DNA of 64,000 nucleotides from Candidatus Pacearchaeota archaeon (GTDB lineage: Archaea > Nanobdellota > Nanobdellia > Pacearchaeales > GW2011-AR1), in the NCBI GenBank assembly GCA_018303845.1, contig JAGVXH010000004.1, positions 197,165-261,164 on the forward strand. Direction: 5' to 3'. The notes under the pieces are model-generated. The model searched no databases and was not told the DNA's origin. It saw nothing but the letters and a program-made list of their open reading frames with translations. Position numbers and translations under genes: made by a program. Of the stretch, positions 19,347 to 29,905 are shown in pieces; within the stretch, counting starts at the first letter, position 1; each line of letters opens with the position of its first letter.

Positions 19347-21112
19347 TAATTCCTCCTCATTTTTTTCTTTTTCTTTGAACTTTTCTTTGCAAAATTTTCT
19401 GCGGTCTTTTTCTTAACAGTCACATTAACGTCAACCGGCAATCGGTCTTCGGAAATCTTTTTATCAGTACTAGCAAACAACTTAACATTATTAGCTTGAA
19501 TCTCCTTTATCAATCTAGCCTTATCAGAATAATAATAATTCATAACTTTCCCAATCTCGGACAAACTCCGAATTTTGTGTTTAATCAACCAAGCTAAAAT
19601 CTTCTTTTTCTCTTCCAGATTCGCATCAATCTCCGTTTGTGTCATTCCAGTATTCCTAGAAATATCCTCGAAAAATCGAGAACTTTCCCCATGCCGGATA
19701 ATCTTATCCCCTTCAGGAATCCAACGATAAATAATATTCGCGTCAGCAGTATTCCCCTTGACATTAAATTCACCAACCTGCAAAATTCGCCTAATCCCAC
19801 GTCGCCTATCCCTAAACATAACAACATTCAAATTAACGGCATCAAGCAAATTGGCAGGAATACTCAAAGGCGGATTAATCAAACGCGAAACAGTTTCCGA
19901 AGCAGAATTCGCATGCATCGTAGCATAAACAGAATGTCCAGTATGCATAGCTTCAAACATAACCATTGCTTCTTCCTGTCGACGCATTTCACCTAAAACA
20001 ATCCTATCCGGTCTCATCCTAAGTGAGTTCACCAGCAAATCAAGCATCGTAATCGCACCCTTCCCCTCAGGATTAGCGCTCCTAGTCACAAGCGGAGTCC
20101 AATACAAAAAGTCAGGCAACATCAATTCTCTAGTATCCTCAACAGTCAAAATCCTATGGTTAGGCGGAATAAACGGCATGCATGCATTCAAAATAACAGT
20201 CTTCCCAGAAGCAGTCCCTCCAGAAACGATAACGTTCATTTCATATTCAACAGCCAGCCAGAGCAAAACTGTAACATCCAAATCCATCGTCTTGTTCCCA
20301 ATCAAATCTATAATCGTATACGGGTCACGTGCGAAACGTCTAATCGTAATAGTATTCCCCTTTGTAGAAATTGGATAAAGTACAGCATTAACTCTATCCC
20401 CAGAAACCAAATGCGCATCAAGTAAAGGACTAAGCACCGTAATTTGTCGACCGACACGCCGCGCAACAATATTAGAATAATTAATAATTTCATCTTCCCT
20501 TTTAATACTAAAACTAGTTCGAAGCCAACCATACTTTTTATGATAAACCCGAAGTGGCTCTTTCGCCGACGGAATCACAATCTCTTCTAAATTAGAATCA
20601 TTAACCAAAAACTCAATCTCGCCAAGTCCCAACATGTCCTGCATCAACTTATTCACCAAAACCTGCTTCGTGTCTTTCCCGATAGTTGGAATCTTTTTCA
20701 TCAACATCTCTCCAGCATTCTCGCTAAACTTTTTCCGAATCCCTTCAACCGCATCAGGGTCAACAATCTCTCTCATCCCAACCGTAGTCAAACTAATCAA
20801 CTCATTTCGAACATCTTCAAGCAAAACACTCGTGGCGTCATCTACTTCAGGAATTTCCAAATCATAAATAATCATCGTGCCCTTTTTCTTAATACGAACC
20901 GTAACATCCATATTCCCTTCGGATTTTATCTCATAACTTTCAAGGATTTTCTGGTCCTTTTCTTCTTTTTCCCCCTCAACAATTTTTGTTATAACATTTT
21001 CAACAACAGAATCAGCCACGCCCTTCCCATTGACGGCATCTTTAACTTTCTCTCCAAATGCAACCTCTTCGGATCCTTTCACTCCCTTTCTTATTTCATT
21101 TATCTTTTTCAT
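19346..21112 (-). CDS. pilus assembly ATPase (CpaF/VirB11 family)
   Basis: GGTASGKT, VEDTREL, LRMRPDRIVLGEMR, AMHTGH. Confidence 0.95.
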   Translation of the reverse strand: MKKINEIRKGVKGSEEVAFGEKVKDAVNGKGVADSVVENVITKIVEGEKEEKDQKILESYEIKSEGNMDVTVRIKKKGTMIIYDLEIPEVDDATSVLLEDVRNELISLTTVGMREIVDPDAVEGIRKKFSENAGEMLMKKIPTIGKDTKQVLVNKLMQDMLGLGEIEFLVNDSNLEEIVIPSAKEPLRVYHKKYGWLRTSFSIKREDEIINYSNIVARRVGRQITVLSPLLDAHLVSGDRVNAVLYPISTKGNTITIRRFARDPYTIIDLIGNKTMDLDVTVLLWLAVEYEMNVIVSGGTASGKTVILNACMPFIPPNHRILTVEDTRELMLPDFLYWTPLVTRSANPEGKGAITMLDLLVNSLRMRPDRIVLGEMRRQEEAMVMFEAMHTGHSVYATMHANSASETVSRLINPPLSIPANLLDAVNLNVVMFRDRRRGIRRILQVGEFNVKGNTADANIIYRWIPEGDKIIRHGESSRFFEDISRNTGMTQTEIDANLEEKKKILAWLIKHKIRSLSEIGKVMNYYYSDKARLIKEIQANNVKLFASTDKKISEDRLPVDVNVTVKKKTAENFAKKSSKKKKKMRRN

Positions 21113-21115
21113 TTA

Positions 21116-21778
21116 TCACCTTTTCTTTTTCATTCTATGCACAATCTTTTTCTTAGTAACTTTTTTCTTAGCCCCACTCTCTTTCCCCTTAACTTTCTCA
21201 TTGACAATCATTAACATTTTTTTCACAATAACCTCTTCTTTCTTCTTGGCGTAATCAATAATCTCTTCCCCTTCCTTCTTCTTCTCAAGCAATCTTAAAA
21301 CCGGCTTTCCAAATCTGGGATAATCAATTTCAGCAAGGTCTCCATTCTCAAAAACTTTAGCCCATCCAAGTGCAACTTCTGGATCAACCCGAAAAACTCC
21401 TTCGATATCCTCTAGGTCAATTTCCTTTTTCTTCTTTAGCATTTCATATAAAATATCAAGGTCAGTACGGGACCGCCGCGTTCCGTCTTTTATTAGATAA
21501 TCTCCTTTGGATAAAATTTCCTTTTTTCTAAATCTTCTAACAATAAAAAAAGCCGCGACAATAATAATCAATAACAACAAAACTTGAGATAAAATGAAAA
21601 TTCTTTGATTAATAGAACTAGTTTCATAAAAAATATTAACAGCCTCTCTTATGGAATTTCCAGTCAGTCCGTTGGCAGGACTATCTGCTAGATAAGACAA
21701 ATACGGCCAACTCGCGACAATCAAAAACAATCCAACCAAAAGCCCAAGCAAAGCCACGCCACTTCTCCTTATCACCAT
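21116..21778 (-). CDS. membrane protein with small cytoplasmic winged-helix-like domain (pilus-associated)
   Basis: Two TM segments, then TDLDILYEML...WAKVFENGDLAEIDYP; first gene of the ATPase operon. Confidence 0.65.
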   Translation of the reverse strand: MVIRRSGVALLGLLVGLFLIVASWPYLSYLADSPANGLTGNSIREAVNIFYETSSINQRIFILSQVLLLLIIIVAAFFIVRRFRKKEILSKGDYLIKDGTRRSRTDLDILYEMLKKKKEIDLEDIEGVFRVDPEVALGWAKVFENGDLAEIDYPRFGKPVLRLLEKKKEGEEIIDYAKKKEEVIVKKMLMIVNEKVKGKESGAKKKVTKKKIVHRMKKKR

Positions 21779-21877
21779 GTATCTAATTAATCTCCAAATC
21801 TTATAAACATATTGTTTAACGGCTCCCTATCTTTCAACAACTTTATTAACATAAATCTCCATTAAACAACAAAGAGG

Positions 21878-22351
21878 ATGGCATTAAAATTTACACTAAC
21901 ATTAGTTCACCAAGTAGTCCCAAATACTTTTAAGAAACGTGCGCAATCAAGTATGGAACTCTTAATTTTAATGGGCTTCCTAACTTTCGTAATAATTGGG
22001 ATCATGGGAGTTGGTTACTTTTACTCAAACACAATCAACGACAGAATCAAATCAAACGAAATCAATAACTTCGCAACAAAAATAACTTCAACAGCCGAAA
22101 CTGTTTTCTACTCCGGTGAACCATCAAAATCAACAATCTTAGCACATCTCCCAGAAAATGTTAAAGACATAGAAATAATAAACAACACTCTAATCATAAC
22201 ATATAACTTGGCAACAGGAGAAAATAAAGGAGCTTTCCAGAGTAACGTTCCAATTATAGAAAATTCTTTATCTCAACTCACAACATCTTCAGGAATAAAA
22301 AACATAGTAATTATTGCAAACCAAACCCATGCAATAATTTCCCAGAACTAA
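21878..22351 (+). CDS. minor pilin (class III signal peptide)
   Basis: KKRA/QSSMELL followed by a hydrophobic helix. Confidence 0.85.
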   Translation: MALKFTLTLVHQVVPNTFKKRAQSSMELLILMGFLTFVIIGIMGVGYFYSNTINDRIKSNEINNFATKITSTAETVFYSGEPSKSTILAHLPENVKDIEIINNTLIITYNLATGENKGAFQSNVPIIENSLSQLTTSSGIKNIVIIANQTHAIISQN

Positions 22352-22352
22352 A

Positions 22353-22775
22353 ATGGGTCCCAATTATTTGCCATCTACCATCTACGTGAAGCGAGCACAA
22401 GTCGCCATAGAATTTCTAATAATAATAGGAGCGGTAGTTTTTTTCGTTTCTATTTTTTTATTAGCAATTCAAAATAGTCAACAAGAAAAAACATATCAAC
22501 AACAAAACATTCAACTAAAAGAAATTGCACTAACAGTCCAAAACGAAATCAACCTAGCCTCCGAATCAAGTGATGGATATGTGAGAGAATTCATCATTCC
22601 CAAAACAGCAGGAAGTCAAGAATACCAAATCACACTAGACTTGGGGATAGTATACATAAAAACTACAGATAACAAACACGCACTCACACTCCCAGTTCAA
22701 GAAGTGACAGGCAACATCAACAAAACCCAAAACACAATACAAAAAATAAATGGGCAAATCCTACTAAACCAATGA
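22353..22775 (+). CDS. minor pilin (class III signal peptide)
   Basis: KRA/QVAIEFL followed by a hydrophobic helix. Confidence 0.85.
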   Translation: MGPNYLPSTIYVKRAQVAIEFLIIIGAVVFFVSIFLLAIQNSQQEKTYQQQNIQLKEIALTVQNEINLASESSDGYVREFIIPKTAGSQEYQITLDLGIVYIKTTDNKHALTLPVQEVTGNINKTQNTIQKINGQILLNQ

Positions 22776-23308
22776 AGTTGTATCTACAAACCACATCCCC
22801 AAAGCAAAATCGCAAAGCACAAATCTGGAGTCTCGACCTGATGACAGGGCTGGCTCTTTTTCTCGTAGGCATAATGATATTCTTTATCTATTCTTTAAAC
22901 CAGCCATCTCAAGCGAAAGAAACATTTGCCTTTCTAAACTACGATGGCAAAGTTATCGCAGACAATCTACTCTCACAGGGCTACCCAAATAATTGGAACC
23001 CAAGCAATGTAATAACAATCGGTATAATATCCGACAGCAAAATTAACCAATCAAAACTAGAAAACCTTTACCAAATGATTTACGTCCAAAATAACTACAC
23101 CAAAACGAAAAACATCTTCAACACTGAATACGATTACTATTTCTTTCTAAGTGAAAACATGACAGTTAGCTCAGGGAAAATAGAAGGAATAGGAAAGCCA
23201 GGGGCAACCCCAAATAACATCAACGCAAAAGACTTAATCAAAATAACTAGATTCACAATTTACGAAAATAAAACAACTCCACTTTATTTATACCTATGGC
23301 AAGAATAA
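22772..23308 (+). CDS. minor pilin-like protein
   Basis: RKA/QIWSLDL, LLSQGYPNNWN. Confidence 0.82.
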   Translation: MKLYLQTTSPKQNRKAQIWSLDLMTGLALFLVGIMIFFIYSLNQPSQAKETFAFLNYDGKVIADNLLSQGYPNNWNPSNVITIGIISDSKINQSKLENLYQMIYVQNNYTKTKNIFNTEYDYYFFLSENMTVSSGKIEGIGKPGATPNNINAKDLIKITRFTIYENKTTPLYLYLWQE

Positions 23309-25938
23309 ACAGCTCATTCATCACCGCACGAAATGCCCAATTTTTCACCCTAGATGCACTTATTGCTCTAACTATAATAATCCTAACGGTAATCGCAATT
23401 TCGCCGGTTCTAAAACAATCCCGTCAAGAGCCGACAATAACTTCCGACATCTTAGAATCCCTAGGCTCAATATCAATAGGCGATTTCAACAATAGCTATG
23501 CAAAACAACTAATCGCCGAAGGAAAAATCACAGATACATCAAAATCTCTTCTAGAACAAATCGGAGAATTCTATGTAACGAATACAACCATTGCAACAAT
23601 CCTAGCCCAAGAAACATTGTCTACAATATCCCCAACAGAAAACATAGGGATATGGTACGGCTCAACACTTCTAGCTTCGAAAAACATAACTCCATTCGAA
23701 ACATCAGAGAACATTTTCGTAGATAGACAAACCATAAGCGGAGTCGGAGGAAATGGTAGTGTAACAGGGTTCTCAACACGAGCGTCCTTATCAAGCTCAT
23801 CGAGAACAGCTTATACCTATTTCGGCGGATATATCGGAGAAGGAAACACGACGCACATAATAGAATATCAAGGGACAATAAAATCAGCGAGTATAGAATT
23901 AGTAGTAAACAAAAACTTCCAACTAATAGTAAACGGTAACTCTCTAGGAATATTCACTGCGTCCCCAAATGATTTCATTCCAGTAAACTATAGTCTAAAC
24001 ACGACCCACTTTTCGTCAGGCACAAACACAATTCAAATCAAAGGAGAAAATCTACATATCGCAGGTGGTTTTATAAAAATAAGTTATGAAAGTAATGTTA
24101 CATATGAACAACCCGTACGATATTATTTCCCAGGAATTACCGGAATCATAAACCTCTACGACGGATTCTACGTGCCAGGTAACCTAACCGGACTTTCAAT
24201 CTCTCTCCACTTCAACAACTCACTAACAACATTCCTAACTCTCGGCAAAACCCAAGTCTTCAACGCATCCTCATCGGGAACCTCGTCAATCACAATCCCA
24301 AATGCAACTCTAGCCTCGCTCCTAAATTTTTCAGACCTAAGCAAAAAAACAATTCCTATAAGATTCGGAATGGAAGACATGAACTACGTAACAAATAACA
24401 CAAATGAAATAGATGTCTTTTCGGCAACCGACATCTCAGGAAGCATGGCGGCAGATTGTAGTGGAGAAAGTTCTATCTGTTGTAATACTTTCAACTGTGA
24501 TAAAAATAGGAATTCTTGTGAATCCTGTGGAGGAACACTAGTCAGTTGGTGGGGTTGGACATATTGCTCAGGAGAAAGTACCTCTTGTTGCGAAGCACTT
24601 CTTTGTAATGCCAACGAAACAAGCTGTACCACATGCTCAGGATCATTCGAAAATAAAATTCAAGATGCAAAAGATGCAAACGAACTTTTCATCGATATGA
24701 TACTAAACGAAACAGACAGCCGTGTTGGGCTAACTGCATATTCAACCTCAGCATTAACTTCAAATTACCACGCCCTATCAAATAATACAGCCTCGTTAAA
24801 AGCCGAAGTGGTCTCATGGAACGAAGGCGGCTCTACCTGCATATGTTGCGGAATAAACAAAGCGGTAGCTGGATTTCTAGCAGATTCTAATTCCTCAGAA
24901 AAATTCCAATCCATAGTAATGATGAGTGATGGAGATGCGAATGTGCGATGTGCACAGCAAGGAACAGGAACAGCAAATGGAGATGCAATAATGGCAGCAT
25001 GCGACGCCTATAATGATTATGGAATAAAAGTCTACACAATCGGCTTCGGCTCAGATGCAAACGTAGCAACTTTGACCAGCATGGCCGCTTGCGCCGACGG
25101 AAGCTTCTACTCAGCAATAGATGATCTAGAAGACATCTACGAAAAAATAGCCGAAGAGATAATTCAAACAGCATACTACGAACAAACAGTCGAAGTCTCA
25201 GGCGATTTCTTCTCAGAACTTTTCCCAGACTCCTACATAGAATTTAATTATACCAAAGAAGCCTCTCCAGTAGGACTCCTGGCAACACTAGAGCAACCTT
25301 TCACAGATTCAGAAAACGCGACATTCTCACTTCCACTAAACTCTAGCATATTAGAAGCAACCGCAATATCATACTCCGGACCAAAATGGACAGCACTCGT
25401 AAAGTTAAACAATAATTCAATCTACAATCTCAGCGAATACCAAACAGATTTTCTAAAACTCGGCGACCCATACTCAATCAATATCCCAGCCTCATCAGTC
25501 TTACAAAATAACAACGTCACATTAAAAGCCGGACTAGCGGCAGACAACATAAGCCAAGGTTCAATCTACAACAAAATAATTTACACAATATCAAAACCTC
25601 TAGCTTCATACACATCAGTCTCAGCAACGGCACAAGGATGCAATTGGACAGTTCATTTCAACACATACAATCTAACACTTCCAATCCCAGAAGATTACTC
25701 AGGATCTCAAGTATGCGAATACTCAAGCACGCCATACTGCGGAATTTATCCAAATTGTGCAGGTGCAACAGACTCTGCCCAAATAGCTACATACAATCTT
25801 TTCAAACTTCTAGACTTTGATACCAATGGCAAAGTAGACGTAGACCTTTCAGCTCAAGACATGCAAATATCGACATCAAATCTAGGCGGCGTCCCATTTC
25901 TATATTCAACAGAGGTACAAATAAGAAAATGGTATTAA
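23296..25938 (+). CDS. large pilin-like adhesin with VWA domain
   Basis: RNA/QFFTLDALIAL signal; MIDAS DISGS, GGSTC..CGI, MMSDG, VYTIGFG. Confidence 0.88.
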   Translation: MARINSSFITARNAQFFTLDALIALTIIILTVIAISPVLKQSRQEPTITSDILESLGSISIGDFNNSYAKQLIAEGKITDTSKSLLEQIGEFYVTNTTIATILAQETLSTISPTENIGIWYGSTLLASKNITPFETSENIFVDRQTISGVGGNGSVTGFSTRASLSSSSRTAYTYFGGYIGEGNTTHIIEYQGTIKSASIELVVNKNFQLIVNGNSLGIFTASPNDFIPVNYSLNTTHFSSGTNTIQIKGENLHIAGGFIKISYESNVTYEQPVRYYFPGITGIINLYDGFYVPGNLTGLSISLHFNNSLTTFLTLGKTQVFNASSSGTSSITIPNATLASLLNFSDLSKKTIPIRFGMEDMNYVTNNTNEIDVFSATDISGSMAADCSGESSICCNTFNCDKNRNSCESCGGTLVSWWGWTYCSGESTSCCEALLCNANETSCTTCSGSFENKIQDAKDANELFIDMILNETDSRVGLTAYSTSALTSNYHALSNNTASLKAEVVSWNEGGSTCICCGINKAVAGFLADSNSSEKFQSIVMMSDGDANVRCAQQGTGTANGDAIMAACDAYNDYGIKVYTIGFGSDANVATLTSMAACADGSFYSAIDDLEDIYEKIAEEIIQTAYYEQTVEVSGDFFSELFPDSYIEFNYTKEASPVGLLATLEQPFTDSENATFSLPLNSSILEATAISYSGPKWTALVKLNNNSIYNLSEYQTDFLKLGDPYSINIPASSVLQNNNVTLKAGLAADNISQGSIYNKIIYTISKPLASYTSVSATAQGCNWTVHFNTYNLTLPIPEDYSGSQVCEYSSTPYCGIYPNCAGATDSAQIATYNLFKLLDFDTNGKVDVDLSAQDMQISTSNLGGVPFLYSTEVQIRKWY

Positions 25939-26861
25939 ATAAAAAAGGAATCTTCTTCACGTTAATAACAATAACAATCCTAACACTCTTCGCAACAACT
26001 TACTCAACTTACACCCTCTTTCAAGATCGCGAACCAATCAACTCCAGAATCCAAACCTTAAACAACTTCGTCGCATCCGTAGAGCAAGACCTTCCAAGAC
26101 AAACCTACATCTCAGGCTACCGTTCCATTCTTCTCTTCAATAAATACATAGTAGAAACTGGAACTTACATTTCGGACCCACAAGCCTCACTCTCCGAATT
26201 ATTCTTTAACGCAACACTAAACGGAGTGCCCCAAGACCTAATGACCGATGCGACATTTTCAAACCTAGAATCCTTTCTGCAAGACAACGCCGAAAAAATC
26301 AACGCCAACCTAACCCTACAAAATCCAACAATAACAATTTCTCAAGACGACCCATGGAATCTAAAAATAACCCTAGTCACAACCCTAACAATTCAGGACA
26401 AAGGTGGACTAGCAACATGGAACAAAACGTCGATAACTTCTTCCTACATCCCAATCAAAAATTTCGACGACCCAATTTATTCAGTTAATACCGCAGGCAA
26501 AGTCCTCCTAAAAATAAACCAAACCCCATACACAAACTTCGTAGTTGGAGGAGACTACTCAAACTTAACCGACCACTTCCGAAACTCATTCTACAAAACC
26601 TCAACTTCAGGCCCGTCCTTTCTAATGCGACTAGAAGGAAACCTATCATCTGACCCAAACGGAATCGAATCCCTAGTAAACCCGCAAACCCTAGCAAACG
26701 CAGGAATATCTGCAAAATACAAATCCGTCGTCGACTACATCTACTTCTCTACCGACAATCCAACAAAATATTCAGTTCCAGCGGTTAGCAATTTGATTTT
26801 AGATGATGAGGATAATCACTTAACAACATATAATGTTTCAAGTGTCGCAGTTCCAATATAA
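25929..26861 (+). CDS. minor pilin-like protein
   Basis: NKKG/IFFTL signal; DPIY, GPSFLMRLEG, GIESLVN. Confidence 0.8.
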   Translation: MVLNKKGIFFTLITITILTLFATTYSTYTLFQDREPINSRIQTLNNFVASVEQDLPRQTYISGYRSILLFNKYIVETGTYISDPQASLSELFFNATLNGVPQDLMTDATFSNLESFLQDNAEKINANLTLQNPTITISQDDPWNLKITLVTTLTIQDKGGLATWNKTSITSSYIPIKNFDDPIYSVNTAGKVLLKINQTPYTNFVVGGDYSNLTDHFRNSFYKTSTSGPSFLMRLEGNLSSDPNGIESLVNPQTLANAGISAKYKSVVDYIYFSTDNPTKYSVPAVSNLILDDEDNHLTTYNVSSVAVPI

Positions 26862-26938
26862 AATTATTTTATAAGAATATAGTTAAGATTAGAATCTATG
26901 ATGCAAAGTATTAAAAATAATTTTTGTAGAAAATAATT

Positions 26939-27283
26939 ATGAAACAAAAGCCCTTAGAAATCTTAGCGGGAAAATACTTTTCCCTCCAAGAAGCAATTGG
27001 GGTAGAAGAGTTCCATAACGTATACGATGAAATAAAAGAATATCAATCCGATGCAGTTTTCGATAGTTATATTCAAGCGTTGTCAAAAATGGCAGTGTAT
27101 TCAGAGGGGGTAATAAGAAGACAATACGACAAAACATTAGAAATATTAACACAGTTTCCTTCAAAACTGAGAATAATAAAAGGGGACGATGCCAAAAAAG
27201 ACAGCCTCTCCCAAGTGATATTAACATTAATAACACTCAACGCATTAATCCCCGCATTAGAAAAAGAAACCATGAATCGTTAG
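26939..27283 (+). CDS. hypothetical protein
   Basis: 114-aa ORF, convergent with serS. Confidence 0.55.
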   Translation: MKQKPLEILAGKYFSLQEAIGVEEFHNVYDEIKEYQSDAVFDSYIQALSKMAVYSEGVIRRQYDKTLEILTQFPSKLRIIKGDDAKKDSLSQVILTLITLNALIPALEKETMNR

Positions 27284-27291
27284 GCTATCTA

Positions 27292-28581
27292 TCAATTTCT
27301 CTTCTTCGAGATAACTTTAACCCCACCCATATAAGACCTCAAAACCTCAGGCACGCTAACACTCCCATCCTTATTCTGAAAATTCTCCAAAATTGCAACC
27401 AAAGCTCTCGAGGTAGCAATCGCCGTATTATTCAAAGTATGAGGAACAACCCTCTCGCCCTTAACTCTAGTAAAAATCTTCAACTTCCTAGCCTGTGCCT
27501 CCGTCAAATTCGAACAACTCCCAACTTCAAACCAACCATTCTTCCGCGGACTCCAAGCCTCAATATCAACCTGCTCATATTTCAAATCTCCCAAATCTCC
27601 ACTACAAATCCTCAAAACCCTAACCGGAATCCCTAAGTTCTTAAAAATCTCAAGAGTAATATCCTGCATCTCCTTCCAATATTTCTCCGAAACTTTCAAA
27701 TCAGGCTCACAAATCACAACCATCTCAATCTTGTTAAACTGATGCGTCCGAAACAGCCCCTTCTCATCAATCCCGTGCGCTCCAATTTCCTTTCTAAAAC
27801 ACATCGAATAACTAGTCTGCTTAATAGGAAGCTTAGCAAAATCAATCTCAGTCCCAGCAAACCGCCCAATCAAAGAATGCTCACTCGTCCCAATCAAAGC
27901 CAACTTCGGCTCGTCATTAGTCAAGTAAATCTGCGCAACCTTGTCTCCTAAATCCGTAACTTCATCAATAATATTCTCTCTCAAAAGATAAGGCGTCTCA
28001 ACATAACGAAAACCCTTCGACCTCATAACATCCCTCGCATAACTAATCAAAGCAACATTAAGCATCGCAACCTCATCTTCCAAATAATAAAATCCAGTCC
28101 CACTAACTCTCGCCGAACTCTCAAAATCTGCCATCCCCAAATTTTCTAAAATCTCAACATGACTCTTCACTTCAAAATCAAACTTCTTCGGACTTCCAAC
28201 CCGTCTCTCCTCAACATTTTCGGCATCACTTTTCCCCAAAGGAACCTTACCAGACATAATATTTGGCAACTTCATCTGCAACTTCAAAATCTTTTCCTCG
28301 AGTTTCTTCCTCTTTTCACAAATCGCATCAATTTTCCCAGGAATCTCTTTCGCTCTCTTCATTTCGGCATCAGCATTTTCTTTCTTCTTCTTCTTAGCAC
28401 TAATCGCCTCACTAACTTTATTCCTCTCACTTCGAAGAGAATCTTCTTCATACTTCAACTTCCGCCATTCACCATCAAGCCTCACGACCTCGTCAACAAT
28501 TTCTAAATCCTTTCGATTCTTCCGCCTCATATTCTCGCAAACGACGTCACTATTCTCCTTTACAAACTTAATATCTAACAT
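27292..28581 (-). CDS. serS: serine--tRNA ligase
   Basis: MLDIKFV, N-terminal coiled coil, LIGTSEH, CFRKEIG, GLFRTHQFNKIE, HTLNNTA. Confidence 0.97.
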   Translation of the reverse strand: MLDIKFVKENSDVVCENMRRKNRKDLEIVDEVVRLDGEWRKLKYEEDSLRSERNKVSEAISAKKKKKENADAEMKRAKEIPGKIDAICEKRKKLEEKILKLQMKLPNIMSGKVPLGKSDAENVEERRVGSPKKFDFEVKSHVEILENLGMADFESSARVSGTGFYYLEDEVAMLNVALISYARDVMRSKGFRYVETPYLLRENIIDEVTDLGDKVAQIYLTNDEPKLALIGTSEHSLIGRFAGTEIDFAKLPIKQTSYSMCFRKEIGAHGIDEKGLFRTHQFNKIEMVVICEPDLKVSEKYWKEMQDITLEIFKNLGIPVRVLRICSGDLGDLKYEQVDIEAWSPRKNGWFEVGSCSNLTEAQARKLKIFTRVKGERVVPHTLNNTAIATSRALVAILENFQNKDGSVSVPEVLRSYMGGVKVISKKRN

Positions 28582-28765
28582 AATCAACTACGCCCACCCA
28601 ATTACTTAAACTTTTCCGTAGCAAACCCGCGTAACCACTTCAAAATGTTCTGTCACCAAACCCAAATTATGTCTCTACTAAAAGTGGACGAAATTCCCCC
28701 ACAAAACTTATAAGCCAATACTACTCTAATATATACATTGGAACATATACTTCCAGAAAAACAAA

Positions 28766-29044
28766 ATGGCAGAAAATATAGCAGAAAATTTTGACCTCTT
28801 CTTCAGAAGAAAACCAGCTATGATGTTAATTGCTCTCGGGAAAGTTACTCGTGCGAAATACGGTTCTCAACTAGCAAAAGAAGTTGACTGCACATATTCC
28901 CACGCAGTTAAAATTCTCCAAACCCTAGAAGAGCTAGGACTTGTAAGCTTCGAAAAAAAAGGCCGAATCAAAGTAATAAAGCTAACAAAAAAAGGCTCCG
29001 AAGTTTCAGAACACATAGCAGCAATACGAAAACTGGTTGTTTAA
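28766..29044 (+). CDS. winged-helix transcriptional regulator
   Basis: SQLAKEVDCTYSHAVKILQTLEELGLV...KKGRIK.IKLT.KG. Confidence 0.88.
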   Translation: MAENIAENFDLFFRRKPAMMLIALGKVTRAKYGSQLAKEVDCTYSHAVKILQTLEELGLVSFEKKGRIKVIKLTKKGSEVSEHIAAIRKLVV

Positions 29045-29182
29045 ATTTTCAGAATGAATACTTTTTAAAATAAACCCAATCATTATATTTAAATTGCAAA
29101 TAAGGTTTAAATCTCCTATAATTTTTTTCAGAATAATCAACTCAGATACTTTTTTAAACCAAACTCCTCATAAACATTTATT

Positions 29183-29257
29183 GGCTTCGTAGCTCAGCCT
29201 GGTCAGAGCACTAGACTCTTAATCTAGGTGTCGGGGGTTCAAATCCCCTCGAGGCCA
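29183..29257 (+). tRNA. tRNA-Lys(CTT)
   Basis: Acceptor stem GGCTTCG/CGAGGCC, CTAGA-CTCTTAA-TCTAG anticodon arm, GGGGG-TTCAAAT-CCCCT T-arm. Confidence 0.95.
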
Positions 29258-29339
29258 TTTTATATTAATTCGGATATCATGTTTTCTATGCGCTCCAATA
29301 TATCCTTAATGACATCTTGCGATATTTCTCTTTCCATTT

Positions 29340-29744
29340 TTAGATTTTAGTAAAATGTTCTTTCATATCTTTTTTATTTGGGGAGGGCATTTTGTTAATT
29401 ATTTTTTCTAGCCTTTCAACATCTACTTTAAGGTCGTGTTTGTAAATTCCTTTTATTAAGCTTCCAATCTTAAAGATCCTGTCCCTTTCTTTTAATATTT
29501 TTATTTTTCTGAGGATTGAGGGAACAAGCCAACTAAGAAAGAAAAAGGCAAAGGATATAATAAAATTCTTAAATCCAAAAGTAAGATATACCGGGAAGGA
29601 AATTCCTATTATTAAAGCCATATAGATACCCGTGGAAGATATTTGGTTGGAGATTAAAATATCTAAATTTACTAATCTTGCCTCCGTTTTATTTTTTAAA
29701 AAAGAGATTTGATGTTCTATATTTTCTTTTGTTTCTTTATCCAT
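29340..29744 (-). CDS. hypothetical membrane protein
   Basis: Two TM segments; AT-rich, lacks local strand bias; directly downstream of tRNA-Lys. Confidence 0.6.
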   Translation of the reverse strand: MDKETKENIEHQISFLKNKTEARLVNLDILISNQISSTGIYMALIIGISFPVYLTFGFKNFIISFAFFFLSWLVPSILRKIKILKERDRIFKIGSLIKGIYKHDLKVDVERLEKIINKMPSPNKKDMKEHFTKI

Positions 29745-29905
29745 ACCTCAACCAAAGAATTAAACTATTAAAAACTTGGGTATTTTACGAAATATCAACT
29801 CATTTCTTAATCTATAAAACTTAAACTTCTGCTGTCCTCCATCTATCATCCCACCTCCAAATCCGCCCCATTAACATTTATAAAATCAAACACCTAAACA
29901 GAATT

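Noticed and set aside
23296..25938. Diversity-generating retroelement target in the adhesin
   Set aside because: No reverse transcriptase or template/variable repeat pair was seen in the window.
29827..29870. Weak 7-bp periodic C-rich stretch upstream of the YitT gene
   Set aside because: Too degenerate to distinguish from background by eye.
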